In this document: positions 35,579 through 48,994 of the stretch, piece by piece | Layout: every line of letters starts with the position of its first letter | Position numbering within the stretch: position 1 is the first letter of the stretch | Assembly: GCF_964194155.1 (NCBI RefSeq) | Contig: NC_135891.1 | Coordinates: 102,300,001 to 102,364,000, forward strand | Source: Cetorhinus maximus | Taxonomy: Eukaryota | Direction: 5' to 3' | Length of the DNA: 64,000 bases | Position numbers and translations under genes: made by a program | The notes under the pieces: generated by a model | What the model was told of the DNA's origin: nothing | Database searches by the model: none | What the model saw: the letters and a program-made list of their open reading frames with translations, nothing else

Positions 35579-38165
35579 ACATAGAAAAATAGGAGTAGGT
35601 CATTTGGCCCTTCAAGCCTGCTCCGCCATTCAACATGATCATGGCTGATGCTCTATCTCAACGGCATACTCCCGCTCTCTCCCCATACCCCTTGATGCCT
35701 TGAGTCTAGAAATCTATTTCTTTCTTAAATACATTCAGTAACTTGGCCTCCATAGCCCTGTGATAGAGAATTCCACAGGTTCACCACCCTCTGAGTGAAG
35801 AGGTTTCTTCTTAACTCAGTTCTACCCTGTATCCGGAGACTGTGACCCCTTGTTCTAGGCCCACCCCCAGGCAAAGGAAGCACCCAGTCTGTCCAACCCA
35901 GTCAGAATTTTATACATTTCAATGAGATCCCCTCTCATTCTTCTAAACTCCAGTTAATACAGGTCTAGTGGCCCAATCTCTCCTCATATGACAATCCTGC
36001 CATCCCAGGAATCAGTCTGGTGAACCTTCGCTGCACTCCCTCTAAGGCAAGTATATCCCTTCTTAGGTAAGGAGACCAAATCTGCACACAATACTCTAGG
36101 CGTGGTCTTACCAAGGCCCTGTATAGCTGCAGTAAGACATCTTTGCTCCTATACTCATGTTCTCTCATGAAGAAGGCCAGGGCACCATTTGCCTTCTTAA
36201 CCGCTTGCTGCATCTGCATGCTTGCTTTCAGTGATTGGTGTACAAGGACATCCAGGTCTCTTTGTACATCAACATTTCTCAATCTATCACCATTTAAATA
36301 ACACTCTGCCATTCTGTTTTCCCTACCAAAGTGGATAACTTCACACTTATCCACTTTATACTGCTTCAGCCATGTAATTACCCACTCACTCAACTTGTCT
36401 AAAACGCCCTGAAGCCTCTTATCCTCCTCACCACTCACATTCCCACCTAGTTTTGTCATCAGCAAACTTGGAAATATTACATTTGGTTCCTTCATCCAAA
36501 CCATTGATATTGATTGTGAATAGCTGGTGCCCCAAACACTGATCCTTATGGTACACCACGAGCCACCTCCTGCGCCTCCAAAAAAAAGACCCTTTTATTC
36601 CTACTCTTTGTTTCCTATCTGCTAACCAATTCTCAATCCATGCTAATATATTACCCCCAATCCCATGTGCTTTAATTTTGCACACTGACCTCTTATGTGG
36701 GACTTTATCAAAAGCTTTCTGAAAATCCAAATACACCACATCCACTGGTTCTCCCTCATCTATTCTGCTAGTTATGCCCTCAAAAAACTCCAGTAGGTTT
36801 GTCAAACATGATTTCCCTTTCATAATTCCATGTTGACTTTGTCTAATCCCATTGATATTTTCTAAGTGTCCTGTTATCACATCCTTTATCAATTCTAGCA
36901 TTTTCCCTGCCACTGATGTTAAGCTAACCAGTCTGTAATTCCCTGTTTTTTTTCCTCCCTCCTTTTTTAAATAGCAAGGTTACATTTGCCACCCTCCAAT
37001 ATGCTGGGGTTGTTCCAGAATCTACAGAATTTTGGAAGATGATAACCAACGCATCCACTATTTCCATGGCCACCTCCTTTAGGACCCTGTGATGTAGATT
37101 ATCAGGCCCTGGGGATTTAATCGGCTTTCAGTCCCAGTAATTTCTAAATTTTTTTTAAATAATACTAATTTCCTCAATTCCTCCTCCTCACTAGACTTTT
37201 GGTTCCCTAGTATTTCTGGGAAGTTGTGTGTATCTTCCTCCATGAAGATAGAACTAAAGTAGCTGTTTAATTGCTCTGCCATATTCTTTATTATAAATTC
37301 TCTCGTTTCGGACTGTAAGGGACCTACATTTGTCTTCACTAATCTTTGTTTTCTTAATATTTATAGAAGCTTTTACAGTCCTCTTATGTTCCTTGCAAGT
37401 TTACTCTCATTCTCTATTTTTCTCCTCTTAAATCAATCTCTTGGTCCTCCTTTGCTGAATTCTAAACTGCTCCCAATCCTCAGGCTTGCTACTTTTTCTA
37501 GCAGCTTTATATGACTCCTCTTTGGATCTAATACTATCCTTAATTTCTTTTGTTAGCCATGGTTGGGCCACTTTTCCTGTTGTGTCTTGCACCAGAAAGG
37601 AATCTATAACTGTTGCAATACATACATTAGTTCCTTAAATATTAGCCATTGCCTATCCACCATCATGCCTTTTAATGAAGTTCTCCAATCTATCTTAGTC
37701 AACTCAGGCCTCGTACCTTCATAGATCCTTTGTTTAGATTTAGGACCTTAGTTTTGGATTGGACCACTTCATTTTTTTCCAACCTAAGGGAGAATTCTAT
37801 CATGTTATGGTCACTGTTCCCTAAAGGGCCGTGGACAACAAGATTATGAATTAACCCCTTCTCATTGTGCAAAACAAACTCTAGGAGCACCTGTTCCCTA
37901 GCTGGTTCCTCAACGTACTGGTCTAAAAAAAACAATCTCATACACACTCCAGGAATTCATCCACCACAGTATTGTTGCTAATTTGGTTTGCCCAGTCTCG
38001 ATGTAGATTAAAGTCACCCATGATTACTGTCGCACCCTTGTCACATGCATATCTAATTTCCTGTTTAATACTGTCCCCCTACCTTACCACTTCTATTTGG
38101 AGGCCTATATACAACTTCCACTAATGTTTTCTGCCCCTTGATGCTTCTTATCTCCAGCCAGACAC
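35579..38165 (-). mobile_element. CR1 LINE, 5'-truncated ORF2 (EN end + RT)
   Basis: GPLGNSDHNMIEF, SQHGIMKGKSCLTNLLEFFE, VYLDFQKAFDKVPH, SKFADD, LYRALVRPRLEYCVQIWSP; frameshifted. Confidence 0.95.
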
Positions 38166-39399
38166 AAAAGGAGCTATATCAAATATTTCACTAATGCTAT
38201 CTGACATGCTGCTATAGACAAATTAGGAGAACCACAAGGTTACTACTGTATCATATGCAGAAGAAAATATGAAATGGCAAGTAACAGAACTGCAGTCACA
38301 GATTGTAATCGACTATTTGTTGGGTAAAGTTTATTGCATATTTTTTTCGTTCTCATTACAGAGGGGTAATGACAGCAGAAAACTCTCAGCATGAGTGCCT
38401 ACAATACTTGTAAGCTAGAAATTCAAGTAAAGTGCCATAGAGATATATTAAAATAAGCGTCCGAGTGATACAAATCTCTGATCTGTCATAATCACATCGT
38501 TGAAATATCCTTAAAAAAAAGACTTTTCCAACACAACTACTTTGGTAAACAAAACCGAAAGCAATGATCCACAGCCAACAACCACAGAATTTGCAAGCTT
38601 TGGAAAGATCAGTTTCAAAAGAAGTTGCAAGCAGCTGGACAAGACAGCATTACGCAAACGATAAAAGATATCAGCAATGATATAAAAGCAAAATACTGCA
38701 GATGCAAATCTGAAATATGAACAGAAAATACTGGCAATATGCAGGTCTGGCAGCATCTGCTTTGGCACCTTTCTTTCAAAACCAATCTTTTCAAAGCACA
38801 CAAAAATCTCGGTGTTGGCTGGGAAATCATTTATTTCAAATTTGTTTTCCAAAGTAGATGCATCAGACAGGTTCTTCCTTGAATATTTCAACACTGTAAA
38901 TGCGAGAGATCAGAATCTGTCCTGCTTTACTTGAGATAATGGATATTAACCCTCATATTTTTTTGATGGTGTCATAAAGTACAAAAGCAGAAAAATTCAA
39001 ACCAGATGCCACGTCGAAAATTTCCACTGTGCAGCCCCTAATGAAAGGCAATGTCATGTGCTATGAGGAACGAAAACCTAATGCAATGTAGCTTGTGGAG
39101 AATGGAGCCAGTTACATGGCACACAGGAGAGGCAGGGCAGAAGGTACCAGACTGCTACTGAGAACACGGAAATGAAACCCCACAGCACAATCCAACTTTA
39201 AGAAAGGAGGAAGCTATTGAGAAAAAAAAAAACAAAAGGGGTATATTAGCCTGATACAGAAAGAGAAATAAAACTTCAAACTAATTGCTGCAACAAAATC
39301 TGAACCAGAAGCTGCAGTGAGAAAAACAGTTACACTACTGTTCGGAACGCTCCAATTCCCATTCTTTAGCATGTACGGAGACAACATATGGAAGTTTAC

Positions 39400-39563
39400 C
39401 TTCAAAGTGGGAGCATGAGCTATCCTCCTCTGTGCTGTAGTAGATACAGTTTTTGATGCCATACCAGCAATGGTTTGAGATTTTAAACTGAGGTTGCTGT
39501 TTCTTGGGCAATTAGGAGATACTACAGTTCTATTTAAAGATTCCGTCTTCAGCTTTACTGGAG
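39400..39563 (-). CDS. REXO1: REXO1 coding exon (probably exon 5)
   Basis: actttag|CTCCAGTA...TTGAAG|gtaaac; (S)PVKLKTESLNRTVVSPNCPRNSNLSLKSQTIAGMASKTVSTTAQRRIAHAPTLK; 164 nt. Confidence 0.94.
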
Positions 39564-40002
39564 CTAAAGTACACAAAACACATTACTAAAATTCTGAATT
39601 CAACAGTAAATATTGTATCCATATAATATTTATAAAGGATAATAAACTAAAGTTCACAATTGTACCTTTAGGTATAAACGCAATACTCCTGACAGCATAA
39701 ATATATACATGATTGATATTCACTATTCTAGAAAGATGAAAAGCACTTGAACAGAAATCAGTGCATTGAAGTGCAGTCTATGAAAGTCAAAAGAGTGACC
39801 TTTAATCTGTGTTTGAGTTATTTGATGTTAGAAAAGGTGCTGTAGAGGCCCCAAAATTGGATTTGGCACTATAGAGCTGGTAAAAAAAGTTAGGCACCAG
39901 AGCTCCTGCCCTTTGCACTACTAGTTATCAAAAGTGTGCATCGTGCAGATGGCAGATCATCCGTGAAGCTCCTCTTGGTAAAATAGCCTGCTAATGTTCA
40001 CT

Positions 40003-40207
40003 AAGATAAAAGCAAAATACTGCAGGTGTTAGAAATCTGAAACAAAAACAGAAAATGCTGGAAAAACTCAGCAGGTCTAGCCGCATCTGTGGAGAGAGAA
40101 ACAGAGTTAACGCTTCGAGTCCATACGGACTCAAAGCGTTAACTCTGTTTCTCTCTCCACAGTCGCGGCTAGACCTGCTGAGTTTTTCCAGCATTTTCTG
40201 TTTTTGT
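40003..40207. mobile_element. Palindromic Penelope-terminus mini-insertion with a perfect 14-bp TSD
   Basis: TSD tgctaatgttcact at 39989-40002 and 40208-40221; symmetry centre gagtcc-atac-ggactc is hammerhead helix II. Confidence 0.9.
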
Positions 40208-40289
40208 TGCTAATGTTCACTGTCCAGCCTCATACATTAAAAAAATGGTTGCTTCAACAAGGTACAAGGGTTTTAATGAGAGCCACAGC

Positions 40290-40580
40290 AAGGAACATAA
40301 TGAGACAGGAACAAGAGTAGGCCATTTGGCCCCTCAAGCCTGTTCTGCCAATCAGTTAGATCATGGTTGATCTGTACTATAACTCATCTTTTTGTTAGGC
40401 AAAGATATTGAGGGTTACAAACTGCCTCGGCCCCATAACTGTCAATACCCTTCCCTGACAAAAATCTATCAATCTCAGTTTTGAAAGTTTCACTTGATCT
40501 TGCCTCAACATCTATGGGGGGAGCGGGGTGGTGGCAGGGAGCCTGCGGGCAAGAGTGTTCCAGATTTCTACTACCCTTTG
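40290..40580 (-). mobile_element. CR1 LINE 3' end
   Basis: VEARSSETFKTEIDRFLSGKGID plus CR1 3' UTR (gagtaggccatt.ggcccctcaagcctg). Confidence 0.75.
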
Positions 40581-41158
40581 GACACATTTCCTTAAATGAG
40601 TCATTTCAGGCACCAGAGATTCAAAAATAGTTTGAATAATACCAGCCCCATACAAGGGGAAAACTGCACTTTCAAACCAACATCGAGGAGATGAATAAAG
40701 ATCGCGTTATTCTACTTTTGATTGGAATTGTGCCCTCAACACACCTCGAACTCAAGGACAACTTCAGGAATGCTGCAACATGATACACCGCAGAATTTCT
40801 GGATGGGTCTGTATCTTCCATTCCTCACAAAGTGCTCTTGATTCCAAAAAGTTGTGGAGCTTTGAGTTCTATTAAACAAATTCTATTTTAATAGAGCCTT
40901 TTCACTTACTGTGTGGAATAACCCTACTGCATATTTGCATTTGCTGCCTTTTTCAGATAGAGAGAAAACGCTGAATCCTAACTTGGTCAACAACCAATGG
41001 ACAATAATGCAGGCCCAGGGACACGTGGAAAAGCAAATTGGTCATGGGTCAGAGGTGAAAGGGAGTTCGGGTCATAAAATTACTCTAAGGAGTTATGAAT
41101 ACACCTGAATCAAAACATTTCCATGTGGTGTTACACAAAAACAGAAAGGACAGCTTAC

Positions 41159-41363
41159 ATTGTTTTGCTGACGGCATTGCATCTGCTTTTGGCTTATGTG
41201 CAATTCTTCTCTTCTCCGCTCGATTGGTGAAAGATGTGCTAACTGCTTTTTCCACTTCTGCCAGCTGTGCAGCTTGCTGCTGTGCCATCAAACTCCGCTG
41301 ATAACAAACCTCCTGAGCAGTAAGTCTACGAAAAGGACGGATGACTGGCTTCACTGGTTCCAC
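41159..41363 (-). CDS. REXO1: REXO1 coding exon (probably exon 4)
   Basis: aattag|GTGGAA...CAAT|gtaagc; VEPVKPVIRPFRRLTAQEVCYQRSLMAQQQAAQLAEVEKAVSTSFTNRAEKRRIAHKPKADAMPSAKQ; 205 nt. Confidence 0.95.
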
Positions 41364-41695
41364 CTAATTAAAAATAAATTTTGTCACATGCATTCCTATT
41401 ATTGCAAAAGGGTTCTGTTTTCCCTCTAAAATGGAAAATTGCAATCACATTTTATACATAAAATTGAAGCTTGAGAGCATTTTTTTTTAAATTCAAATCT
41501 GTAAATCATATTTTAAAAATGTTTTATTTCCATTTACTGCTACAGTAACTTTTCAGCCAAACTCTGATTCATCACTTAGTTTAGGCAAGATATAATAATG
41601 TAGACTGTAAACCAAGAGTTCATGAGTTAAAAATCACACCACGGTAACGTACATTGTATTCAAAGCACAGAAACAGGCCATTCAGCCTAACAGGA

Positions 41696-42083
41696 CGGGG
41701 GATGGTGGCTTAGTGGTAATGTCACTGGACTAGTAATCCAGAGGCCCAGGCTAATGCTCTGGAGACATGAGTTCAAATCCCATCATGGCAGCTGGTGGAA
41801 TTTAAATTCAATTAAAATGAAACTGAAGTTTCAGTAATTGCAACAAGGAAACTATTAATTGTTGTAAAAGCCTATTTGGTTCACTAATGCCCTTTAGGGG
41901 AGGAAATCTGCCATCCTTACCTGGTCTGGCCTACATGTGGCTCCAGACCCACAGTAATGTGGTTGACTCTGAACTGCTCTCTGCAATGGCCTAGCAAGCC
42001 ACTCAGCTCAAGGGCAATTAGGGATGGACATCAAATGCTGGCCTTACCAGCAATGCCCACATCCCATGAAATAGTAAAAAAAA
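41696..42083 (+). mobile_element. HE1-type tRNA-derived V-SINE, full length
   Basis: A box tggcttagtgg, B box gagttcaaatcc, V core, tail caagggcaattagggatgg...cccacatcccatgaa and A-tail. Confidence 0.88.
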
Positions 42084-43010
42084 TCCGTGTTGATACTTAT
42101 GCTCCATACAGCCCCCAAACAGACTACACCTATCCCCATCAACATATCCTTCTATTTCCTTCCCCCAAATTGTGAAAAAGAATTCAAAAAAGTGACCACT
42201 AAAACTGCCAGGGTAGAAATATTGCTCCTGTTACCTGGTCCTACTTAATGCATGCCACCTTTGTTTTGTGGCTTCCAGTCATTTGCAAAATGGCCAATAT
42301 ACATAAGAAAAATTGAAAGCACCAGTCAGCTAGCTGCATTATCCTTAGTATAGATGGGGCAATTTCATAAGTTAACAGATTCCTAAATGCAAGAATAACT
42401 TTCCCCTTGTCCATCTCCTAATGGTAGAGACTTGCAGTCAGGTAAGCTACCACAGGAAGTGGCAACTTGCTGGAACATCACAGTTGAAAACTATCACTGC
42501 TGAGTTCACCCTTTCTTACTTAACACCTCATTCACACTTCCAATCAGCGGTTAATTTTCTTTTACTGAGCCCAGGACCAAAAGGCAAATTGTAGTGTTAT
42601 AATCACCAGCAAACTCTGCATAAATTCACAGCTGAATGATCTTCCTGGTCTGAATTTTCAGTGCCAACCTGCTTATCTACTAAGTTATCAAGCAAAGTCC
42701 AAAATCATATCAAGTTCACAAACAGTATCATAATGATCAAGCTAATTTCTAGAACTTAAGTCTTTAAAAACTGGGAATATTCGCAACTGTGCCATACAAA
42801 AACCACTAAACATACTAAAAAAGTAGTACTTCTCAGCACCACATTTTGTAATGCATAGATTAGTGTGCAGGAAGTAAACATGTTCACTTGTGCAATGCAC
42901 TCTTAACTTTGATGTTAAGTTGAAACAGCAAATCTAATGCAGGATGAATAGACAGATAAAGTGACCTAAATACATGAAGTCATGATGGTAAACCTTAATA
43001 TTCGACTTAC

Positions 43011-43106
43011 ATTTTCTTGTTTTGAAACATGTGAAATTCTCCTTTTCTGCCCTGGGAAAAGTGTGGTTAGACTGGGTTCTTTTTCTTCATTAGCTTCCAT
43101 AGACAC
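43011..43106 (-). CDS. REXO1: REXO1 coding exon (probably exon 3)
   Basis: atgtag|GTGTCT...GAAAAT|gtaagt; VSMEANEEKEPSLTTLFPGQKRRISHVSKQEN; 96 nt, phase 0-0. Confidence 0.95.
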
Positions 43107-44785
43107 CTACATATGAAACAAAAAAATTGCTGAGTACAAATTTGAAAGTCATGGAGCACTTCTAACCAAAAAGCAGGAGAATCAGTTTCCTAAGCTACAT
43201 CTAACAAGAAGTCAACTGTTAACAATTGAGTTTGCAGTCTTATTACACATACTGCACATCGGGTGGAGGGGGGGGTGGTGCACTATCAAGTTACAAGTTA
43301 ATAAGTAAAACTGCACACCAGGAAAATCCCAGGCAATGTCTTTAGGGCTTTCAGTATATTGTAACTGAATAGTAACTGAAAGTAGTTGTTACACAAGTTC
43401 TTCGTGAGAAGAGTATTTTCACTTTCAAACTAAACTTGGATAGAATAATACAAGAAAATGCCATCAATTTAGTTCTCATTTTAGACATAGTAATTCTTCC
43501 ACCGGAGCTAAATTCAAGTGTTCTCTCCACCAGCAAAATGCACGCTCAACTGATACTCAAAGAACACCTAGAAGTAATAAAGATCAAAAAAACCTGAAAA
43601 ATGAGGAAAATCAAAGAAAAATTAGGAACAGTAACTCCTGAGGCTGATCGACCAAGTGCCAGGAACAGTTGCGCATGTATATCAACTTGCACTGCATCCA
43701 CCAGTTTCTCCCACCAGACACTATTGGTGTGCGCCTGTCAGCTGGTGTCAGTATGGTTTGCGCTTGCACGATCAGTGACATTGTTCCATCTGCCCCTGCC
43801 CTCCCACCCCCACCACTTGCCTGCTGTCAACCATCCCAAGCTCTCGCCAGCCCTCCCCCAAAATCTTGCTGTGCAGTGTTCCTGTTTCCAGCCGTTATTG
43901 AGCCATGATCTATCTGGCAATGGTGATGATCAGCTAATTCAAGGTGCTAAAATAACACTGCGTCTACTATATGCATGGTAGTCCAAAAATTCTTTGCACC
44001 TCAGTTAGCTCTTGTAAAATTCTATTGTACGAATTTATATAACATGAGCACATGTTGGCCTGTTTGCAGTCTGAGAAATAATGTACAATTGTAACCTTGT
44101 AAGCAGAGGATTTAGATAGAGAAAATAAAGAGAAACTGTTTCCAGGACTAAATGCTTAGTAACCAGAGGGCACAAAAAAACCTTTTTACAGAATGAGTGG
44201 ATCGGATTTGAAACGCACTGCCTGATAGGGTGATGGATGCAGATTCAATAGGGAATTAGATAAATACTTGAAGGAGAAAAACTTGGAGGAATACGGGGCA
44301 AAAGAGGAGTGGGATCAACTGGATTGCCCTTAGAAAGACGTGGCAGACTTGATGGGCCAAAAGCCTCCTTCTGTGCTGTATTAGTCTCTGATTTTAGGGC
44401 AGGCATGCTAAATGGGTCCTTTGCATCTCTTATCAAACATCAGCCCCAGCCAGGTATGGGTGCTTCTTAATTTTATTCCATAGAAGCCAATGATCTTAGG
44501 TGGGGTAAAGGCTGTCAAGGCCAATAAAGTTACTGGACCTGATGACATTTACCCCAGGGTGTTGAAAGAAGTTAGAGATTATTATGCAAGGTGGTAATAT
44601 ACATTCAATAGGTCTGGCATTGTTCCAATACTCTGAAGGGAAGCTCAGAGAGTTCCAATATTTAAGATGAGGAGTGTGGAAATTATAGGCCAGGCTTAAG
44701 AATGATTAGGACCGGAAAAAGATATTGAACTCTCTCTGGCAGTTAGTCTGACACTGGAAGGCATTAGAAAAGATGAGATGCACCT

Positions 44786-45206
44786 CTGGAATTCGCTGAA
44801 GTTTAGAAGAATGAGGAGGGATCTCATAGAAACCTATAAAATTCTAACAGGACTAGACAGGGTAGATGCAGCAAGGATGTTCCCGATGGTGGGGGAGTCC
44901 AGAATCAGGGGTCACAGTCTGAGGATATGAGGTATGCCATTTAGGACTGAGATGAGGAGAAATTTCTTCACCCAGAGAGTGGTGAGCCTGTGGAATTTGC
45001 TACCACAGAAAGTAGTTGAAGCCAAAACATTGTATGTTTTCAAGAAGGAGTTAGACATAGCTCTTGGGGCGAAAGAGATCAAAGGATATGGGGAGAAAGT
45101 GGGAGCAGGCTATTGAGTTGGATGATCAGCCATGATCATAATGAATGGCGGAGCAGGCTCGAAGGGCCGAATAGCCTACTCCTGCTCCTAGTTTCTATGT
45201 TTCTAT
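44786..45206 (+). mobile_element. Younger CR1 LINE 3' end nested in older CR1 debris (about 44500-46100)
   Basis: FRTEMRRNFFTQRVVSLWNLLP; tail ...cctactcctgctcctagtttctatgtttctat. Confidence 0.9.
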
Positions 45207-45445
45207 CAGCACCTGGAGAACGTCAGTATTGTTTTAGGAAATGGAGATCCAGTTTCACTTACTGAGCTCTTTAAGGAAGTGACCAAAATTAGTGGATGAT
45301 GGCAACCTAATCGACTTTCTATACTTCAGGTTCCAGAAAGCATTTGGCAAAATGTCACTGGTCAGATTTGGGAAAGCAACGTTGGCTTTGGATTTAATTG
45401 CTAGGAAATAGAAAATTAATACAATAATTGGCCAACAAGAGTTTG

Positions 45446-45698
45446 TCACCACCGTCAACACCCCTTTGTCCTTTTGCCTATGACATCTCTGGCAATCTCT
45501 TCTTTGCCTCCACCTATCACTGGCCCTCTATCCAGCTCTACCTGTCTCACCCCCCTCAACCAGCTTATATTTCACCTCATTTCTATTTTTCTTTAGTTCT
45601 GATGAAGAGTCATACGGACCCAAAACATTTACTGTATTCCTCTCCGCAGATGCTGTCAGACCTGCTGAGTTTTTTCCAGCTATTTTTGTTTTTGTTTG
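45446..45698 (+). mobile_element. Penelope 3'-terminal fragment with degenerate hammerhead
   Basis: Closely matches 54210-54460; ctgatgaagagtcatacggacccaaaac (GAAA box mutated); flanked by agagtttg repeats. Confidence 0.88.
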
Positions 45699-47359
45699 AG
45701 AGTTTGATTAGCCACTTTGAGTATCTTGTTCAGTTGGTCCTCAGACATGTTGGGCATGTCAGGAGAGGGTAGTGAAAATAATTTCCATTCTTAGGTCTAC
45801 TGGCCATTGAGGCAGGAGAATTTTCATTAGAGAGAAACAGTCTTTGAAAAGACATTTTTAAAATGATGAAGGGAATACATTCCATCAAGTTGGATAGACT
45901 AGTTAAGAATTATAGGAATGGGAAAACTAGGGAACAAGTTTATAAAACACATAGGCATAGAGATGGGTTAGATGCTAGGGAGTGTGTATTTGCATAGTGT
46001 CATCGTTCTTGGCAAAAGATTACCAAAGCATGCAACGTGCATATGTTCTTTGAATTCTTTCTAAAGGATGTTAAACATATTACTGAGACAGGAGGTAAAT
46101 TCAAGTAATAAAAGGTATGAGTTCCAAAGAAGAGTCATATTGGATACAAAATGTCAACTGTTTCTCTCTCCATAGATGCTGCCACAGTTTCTCCAGCACT
46201 TTTCTTTTATTTCAGACCTCCTACATCAGCAATCTTTTGCTTTTATTAGAATAAAAAAGGTAAGTTGCAGGGTAGCTGAAAATGGGAAACTCATAAGTGT
46301 GGTCTCTTTGTGCTTGCACGAGTGGTTCAGGGTGTTGAAAGGAATTTCTGACAAGATGGTCTTTTTCATTCCTCTTCTTTGTACGTCAAATGATTCAGCT
46401 CTAGTTTATTATGAGCATAGTGAAGTCAAAAGATATCAAAGTTCAGATTTTCTGAAGTCCAAGTCCTGGCTATAAACGAGTGGCAGGTTCTAAATGAAAA
46501 TTTGTAGCAATAAATTGAAATGATAACATTTTATTTTGCCTTCATATAATTCATCAGGTATTCTTACAATATGTCAAACACTTGCTATTTCTCCCTTTTG
46601 CTACTGAAGCAACATTTTGCTGCATTAGAGCAAGCTACCAAAGAGGTGTCAGCCCATAAACTTCCAGCCAAGCTATTTTCATAGGATAACTGAAAACTGG
46701 ATCATAGGATAATGGCAAAAGGTTTTTTTAAAAAAAAGATCTTAAAAGGCCTTCATTTCCGTCAAAAAAAACTTAAGCACCAACGGACTGCAGACAGAGC
46801 ACGTATATTGTAATACAGCTTTATGTTAGGAGAAGCCATGGTAGTAGCAGATCTGTCAAAACACTGAAGGTGATCAGTTAGTAACAACCATTAATTAATC
46901 TTCCCTCCTGCTCACTCTGAAGTATGACCAGCAGAAAAGCATAGTCAAATGTTCACTATACCATATATTGTTCTATACTATAAATAGAGGTCTAGCAATA
47001 ACGGATGAATTATATGAAGGACTCTTATTCTCTAGGGAAGACCAACCCTCTTGCTTCAGCTAATTATCATTTATGGCACAGTGGAATGGAAAGCACAGAA
47101 CAAAAAACTCCTTTGGGGGAAAAGAAACAAAAATAACTTGCTATTAGCTCCATAATTTGATTGTATTTCTTCTCAATTACATGCCTTCTAGAGCAAGCCC
47201 ATCTTTTATTTGGGGGAGCTCAAGTGAACTCAACATTGTCCTATTGGCAGATCCAGAATTTTTTGCTCTTTAACTACACAAAGATCGTCAATTTACTGAG
47301 AAACAATGACCACTAAAGACTTCCAAGCAGTGAAGCAAAAAACCATGAGGATAATTCTG

Positions 47360-47920
47360 ACAATATTACAGCCTACACTTTTGGTTGATAAATGGAAAGT
47401 AGCGTTCTCACCGCACAAACATCACAAGCAATGCCCATCACCAGGAGAAAGATCATGACCATTAACATTCAGTGGCATTACCATCACAGAGTTTCCCACC
47501 ATCAACTCCCTGGTAGTCACCGTTGACCAGAAACTGAACTGAACCAGTCATCTAAGTGTTGTGGCTACTAGATCAGGTCAGACGTTGGGTATTCTCTGGT
47601 AATTGGCTTACCTCCCAGCTTCCCAAAGCCTCTTTACCAGCTATAAAACACAAGTCAACAGTGTGATGGCAAACTTTCCATTTGCCTGGTTGGACACAGC
47701 TCTTACAACACAGGAAGTTCAATACGATCAAGGACAAGGCAGTCTGCTTAGTCAGCACCCCATTCACTCCATCATTGGATAGCACTGAAGCAGCATCTTC
47801 ACATGAATGCAGCTATCCAAGAAGGTGGCTAACCATCTTCTTAGAGGAAACTAAGAATGAGCAATAAATGTCAGCCTTGGCAGCAACGTCCATATCCAGA
47901 GACTGAAGTTTAAAAAAAAG
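47360..47920 (+). mobile_element. Degenerate HER1-type LINE 3' fragment
   Basis: acattcagtggcattaccatcac.gagtttcccaccatcaac...gttgaccagaaactgaactg.accag parallels 20400-20750 (opposite strand). Confidence 0.7.
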
Positions 47921-48994
47921 GAAAAAATGCCAAACACAGACCGGCAAAAGAGGTACTTTTAATCAACCGCCGGTTAATTAAGTTGCTTGCGAAAGACACC
48001 AACAAAATTATATATTTTTATCTAGATTTAACTAGTGAAACTCCCTTTAAAACTTTCTCATCAAATGAAAGTATTCAATAGAAAATAGTTGCAGCTTACA
48101 TTCCTGTATCAGTTTATTTTGATACATATGTTGCAAGGCAGCTCAAACTGGCTTTCAAACTGCAGGTCATGGGGAAGAAGCCATTAACTAAGCGAGCACA
48201 GACACAATCGCAAACTTGAAACAGGCTGGATTTCAAAATGTTATCAAATAGCTTTGTACTAAATACCAAATCTTATTTTACCTACTCAAGGAATTAGATA
48301 TTTTTAAAAATCTTTGTATTATAAACATAGCATAGTTACATTGTTTTCTCATTGTGTTCGTTCAAATTTAGAATAAGGTCTGATATATTTCTTTGCCATT
48401 TTTAGGACTGAAGTGGGATCTTGTGGCAGAGTAAAAATTATTCAGTACCAATAACTTGTTATTCAAAATGGCTTACAAGAGAAGGAATAAAACCCAGATT
48501 TAAGGTGTAAGCTCTTTTACCAATATTAGCTGATGCTTGTATATTCATAGAAAGCAACTGCCTGGAAATTGTCTTGGTGTTAGTCATTTACAAAGAGAAG
48601 ACGTTCAACACAAGGAATGGGGATAGCAGTGTCAACTATACCCTGATCTTTACAGTTTAAGCCTTAATCATATGCTCTAGGCTGTAGGTCAACCCATGGC
48701 TGGACCTTGCAGACTTGACCTGCATAAATCATCCTTCTAAACAATTATTTCTATATAGAAATAATCTAGAAACAAATATCAGCAACCAATCCAATAGACT
48801 TCGCTGTTAGATAAATATGCAAATTGATGGAGTTAGTCATAGAGTCATACAGCACAAAAACAGGTCCTTCGTGTCTGTGCCAGCCATCAAGCACCTATCT
48901 ATTCTAATCCCATTTTCCAGTACTTGGCCCATAGCCCTGAATGCTATGGCGTCTCAAATGCTCATCTAAATAATTCTTAAACGTTGTGAGGCTT

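Noticed and set aside
41696-41780. tRNA gene
   Set aside because: The A/B boxes belong to the SINE head and continue into SINE body and tail; no complete cloverleaf.
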